Shown one piece after another: positions 60,660-64,000 of a DNA stretch of 64,000 nucleotides. The stretch lies in NCBI RefSeq assembly GCF_009914755.1, contig NC_060931.1; one strand, written 5' to 3'. The notes under the pieces were generated by a model. That model did not search any database, had not been told where the DNA came from, and saw only the letters and a program-made list of their open reading frames with translations. Origin of the DNA: the human T2T-CHM13v2.0 reference genome, Homo sapiens. The translations under genes were made by a program, and so were the position numbers. The first letter of the stretch is position 1. Every line of letters begins with the position of its first letter.

Positions 60660-61138
60660 CTAGGAAAGCAATAGAGATACTAAGTATCAGAGGCTTTGGC
60701 TGGTTATACAACTTGAGGCCAGTAATATTATCAGAACAATTTATCTTTGTACATTATTCAGGTTAGAAATATATATGATACTTACTTTAATGCTATGAAA
60801 AAATATACTTTTGTAATCATTTTAGTGAAAGTTGTATATATTCTTATTTGGCCAGGAAGCTATTTTCAATTTGACATATTTGGAGTGCCAAGTGGGATAA
60901 TCATTTATTAGATTAATAAGTAACAGTATTATGACAATTGCCATTTTAATTACTTAGTCTTGGAAACCCAAATAGCTCTTAAAAATTGTTTGTTTATACA
61001 ATATAAATGGGGCATAATATATATAGATCACTCAGTCTAAGTAATCACTGTATAATTTATTTTCCCCTAATTCCCTGGAGTATTATTTTATGAATAACAT
61101 TTGGTCTAGAATATTGAGATTTTTAAGGAAAACATCTA

Positions 61139-61466
<328 letters not shown>

Positions 61467-61490
61467 CTACATTACTTAATTTATTTTATC

Positions 61491-61854
61491 TGCTAAGGTC
61501 TGAATTATTGTTTCTCCTGCCAGATTAATATGTTGAAATCCTATCCTTAAGGGGATGGTATTAGGAGGTGGGGGGTGATGTCTTTGGGTGTGATTAGGTT
61601 ATAGGAGGCAGAGGCCTCATGAATGTGATTACTGCTCTTATAAAAGAGGCCTGAAAGAAATCCCTCACACCTTTGCCAGGTGAGGCTACAGTGAAAAGAT
61701 GGCCATCTAGGAAGTGAGTCCTCACCAGATACCCAATGCTGGTGTCTTGATCTTGGACTTCCCAGTCCCTAGACCTGTGAAAAATAAGTATCTGTTGTTT
61801 ATAAGCCACCCAATTTATGATCTTTTGTCATAGCAGCTTGAAAAGATTGAGACA
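61491..61854 (+). mobile_element. MLT1A-like MaLR solo LTR
   Basis: tgctaaggtctgaat...tatgttgaaatcct...cttgatcttggacttcccag...tttataagccaccc...gagaca. Confidence 0.85.
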
Positions 61855-62214
61855 TATACTTCTGTCTTTCTTAAGCATTATAAAAGCTTTAGTGATATAA
61901 TTTTGAAATTCTGATAATCACCTGAGCAAATCTAAGGATCAGAGCAGCAAAAAAAGAGAATAAAGAAATCAGAAGAGTTTTGGAAACAATAATAGGTTAT
62001 AACAGTTAAAACACAATGTTAGGGAGTAGGAAGTTATTCCTTCTGGCTGCAAATATCCCCTATTCTGTAACATATATATATAAAAGTGTTATTTCAGCTG
62101 AAATTAACAATATGAAAAACAGAATGCATTTCACATGCTTTTACAGGAGTAAATTGTGTGTTACGGCAATATCAATAAATAACAGACACATTGATGTTTT
62201 CTCTCGTAAACTTT

Positions 62215-62365
62215 AGAGCTGGACATCTCTGGGTTTAAGTCTCATATCTGACATTGACTGGATGTGTGAACTTGGGCAAGTTAATTTTGCTAAGCCTCAT
62301 AAAATAAACTCTCACATAATTTTTGAGATGGCACATAGTCTTGGCGTTAAAAATATTAGCTGTTA
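62215..62365 (+). mobile_element. MIR
   Basis: ctgggtttaagtctca...tgtgtgaacttgggcaagttaa...taagcctca. Confidence 0.7.
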
Positions 62366-62493
62366 ATAGTGTACTGCTACTAAAGCTTTTGAGATTTCAC
62401 AGTTACCCAGGAACTGAGGAACCATAACAGCCAGTTCTCATTCACTCAGCAAACTGAAAAAAAAAAAAAAAAAAAAGTTGTAGAAACCCTTAC

Positions 62494-62538
62494 CTTAGCA
62501 TATCTTCAGGAACAATCAGCAGTTAATTAAATTTGAAG
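62494..62538 (-). other. Candidate 45-nt exon
   Basis: cactttagtctaacag|CTTCA...CTAAG|gtaagg. Confidence 0.3.
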
Positions 62539-62789
62539 CTGTTAGACTAAAGTGATAGAGAATACAAGTAAGAGCTAGTGAAAAAATCAGAAGACACAGC
62601 AAAAATGGAGATTCACAAAACAGGCTGGGAAGAGATGAGAATTGAAAATATAATGATATTTACTAAGAGCATTTTTGATAGAACAATACTGCTGACTCCT
62701 CTAAAACATACTCTAAATAATATTTTTACTTTAAAAATATATTACTTTATTGTTTATTCTTTTTTATTCCACTTTTAGTGTCATTGCTT

Positions 62790-62920
62790 TAGTATTTTTG
62801 CAGCTTTGTTGAGATATAAGAAAAAGTTGCATATATTTAAGTGTACATGATGTTTTGATATATGCATATAGTGAAATAATTGCTGCAATCAAGCTAATCA
62901 ATATATCCATTTTTTCATTT
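62790..62920 (-). mobile_element. L1MA/MB 3'-end fragment
   Basis: cagctttgttgagatataa...tatatttaagtgtacatgatgttttgatatatg...aatcaagctaatcaatatatccat. Confidence 0.75.
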
Positions 62921-62951
62921 TTGTTTTTAACTCAATTGCTTTCTTCTGTAA

Positions 62952-63546
<595 letters not shown>

Positions 63547-64000
63547 GAAATTTTGTTTTTCTAAAAAATCAAAAGTAAAATGTTTATACATAAAATAAGA
63601 GCTACCAAAATTTTAAAAGCTTAAAATTGGTCTCTTTTTAGAACCATAAAATGACTACAGTTTCTTAGTCCAGAAGAGTTAAAAGAATATTAAGTTAAGT
63701 AATAGATAGGACTACATACTCTTACAGAGTCTTAGCTACTTAAAAAGCAAATTTTTTTGTGTCTTACACAGAATCACATTATAAAAGTCCCACCTGTCAA
63801 TTTAGGCGTGATTTTGTAGAGTTTCATCCAAAACATTATTTAGTAATTCCAATCAGAACTAAAATACAGTTTCTATGGAACTTGACAAGCTAATTTGAAA
63901 ATGTGCAAGAAAAGAGCAATGGTCGAAAATGTACATCACAGGAGCATAATCATCTGAGACAGAAAAAGAAGAAAAAAGAAAGAAGAAAAGGAGGAGGAGG

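Overview
This is primate (human/ape-like) nuclear genomic DNA dominated by transposable elements. There are about 27 Alu/Alu-monomer copies and four large LINE-1 blocks: a 5'-truncated L1PA7/8-like element, two older L1MA-like elements, and one full-length ~6.15 kb L1PA3/4-like element on the minus strand. Also present are degenerate L1M/L2/MIR relics, DNA-transposon MITEs, several solo LTRs (two inverted LTR1, MER11C, MER21C, MLT1, MLT2A1, LTR41-like) and a decayed class-III (ERVL-type) provirus with recognisable pol motifs beside a MER73-like LTR. No intact protein-coding gene, tRNA, rRNA or CRISPR array is supported, and almost all ORFs in the track come from repeats. The unique DNA contains several short segments with good minus-strand splice signals that chain in compatible phase, so this may be intronic DNA of an unidentified spliced gene, pseudogene or lncRNA. 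That call is tentative. Subfamily names come from remembered consensus features and need RepeatMasker/Dfam confirmation. I found no convincing wholly new biological system. The best leads are the candidate exon chain, a repeatedly re-used insertion site, and TE-derived regulatory modules.
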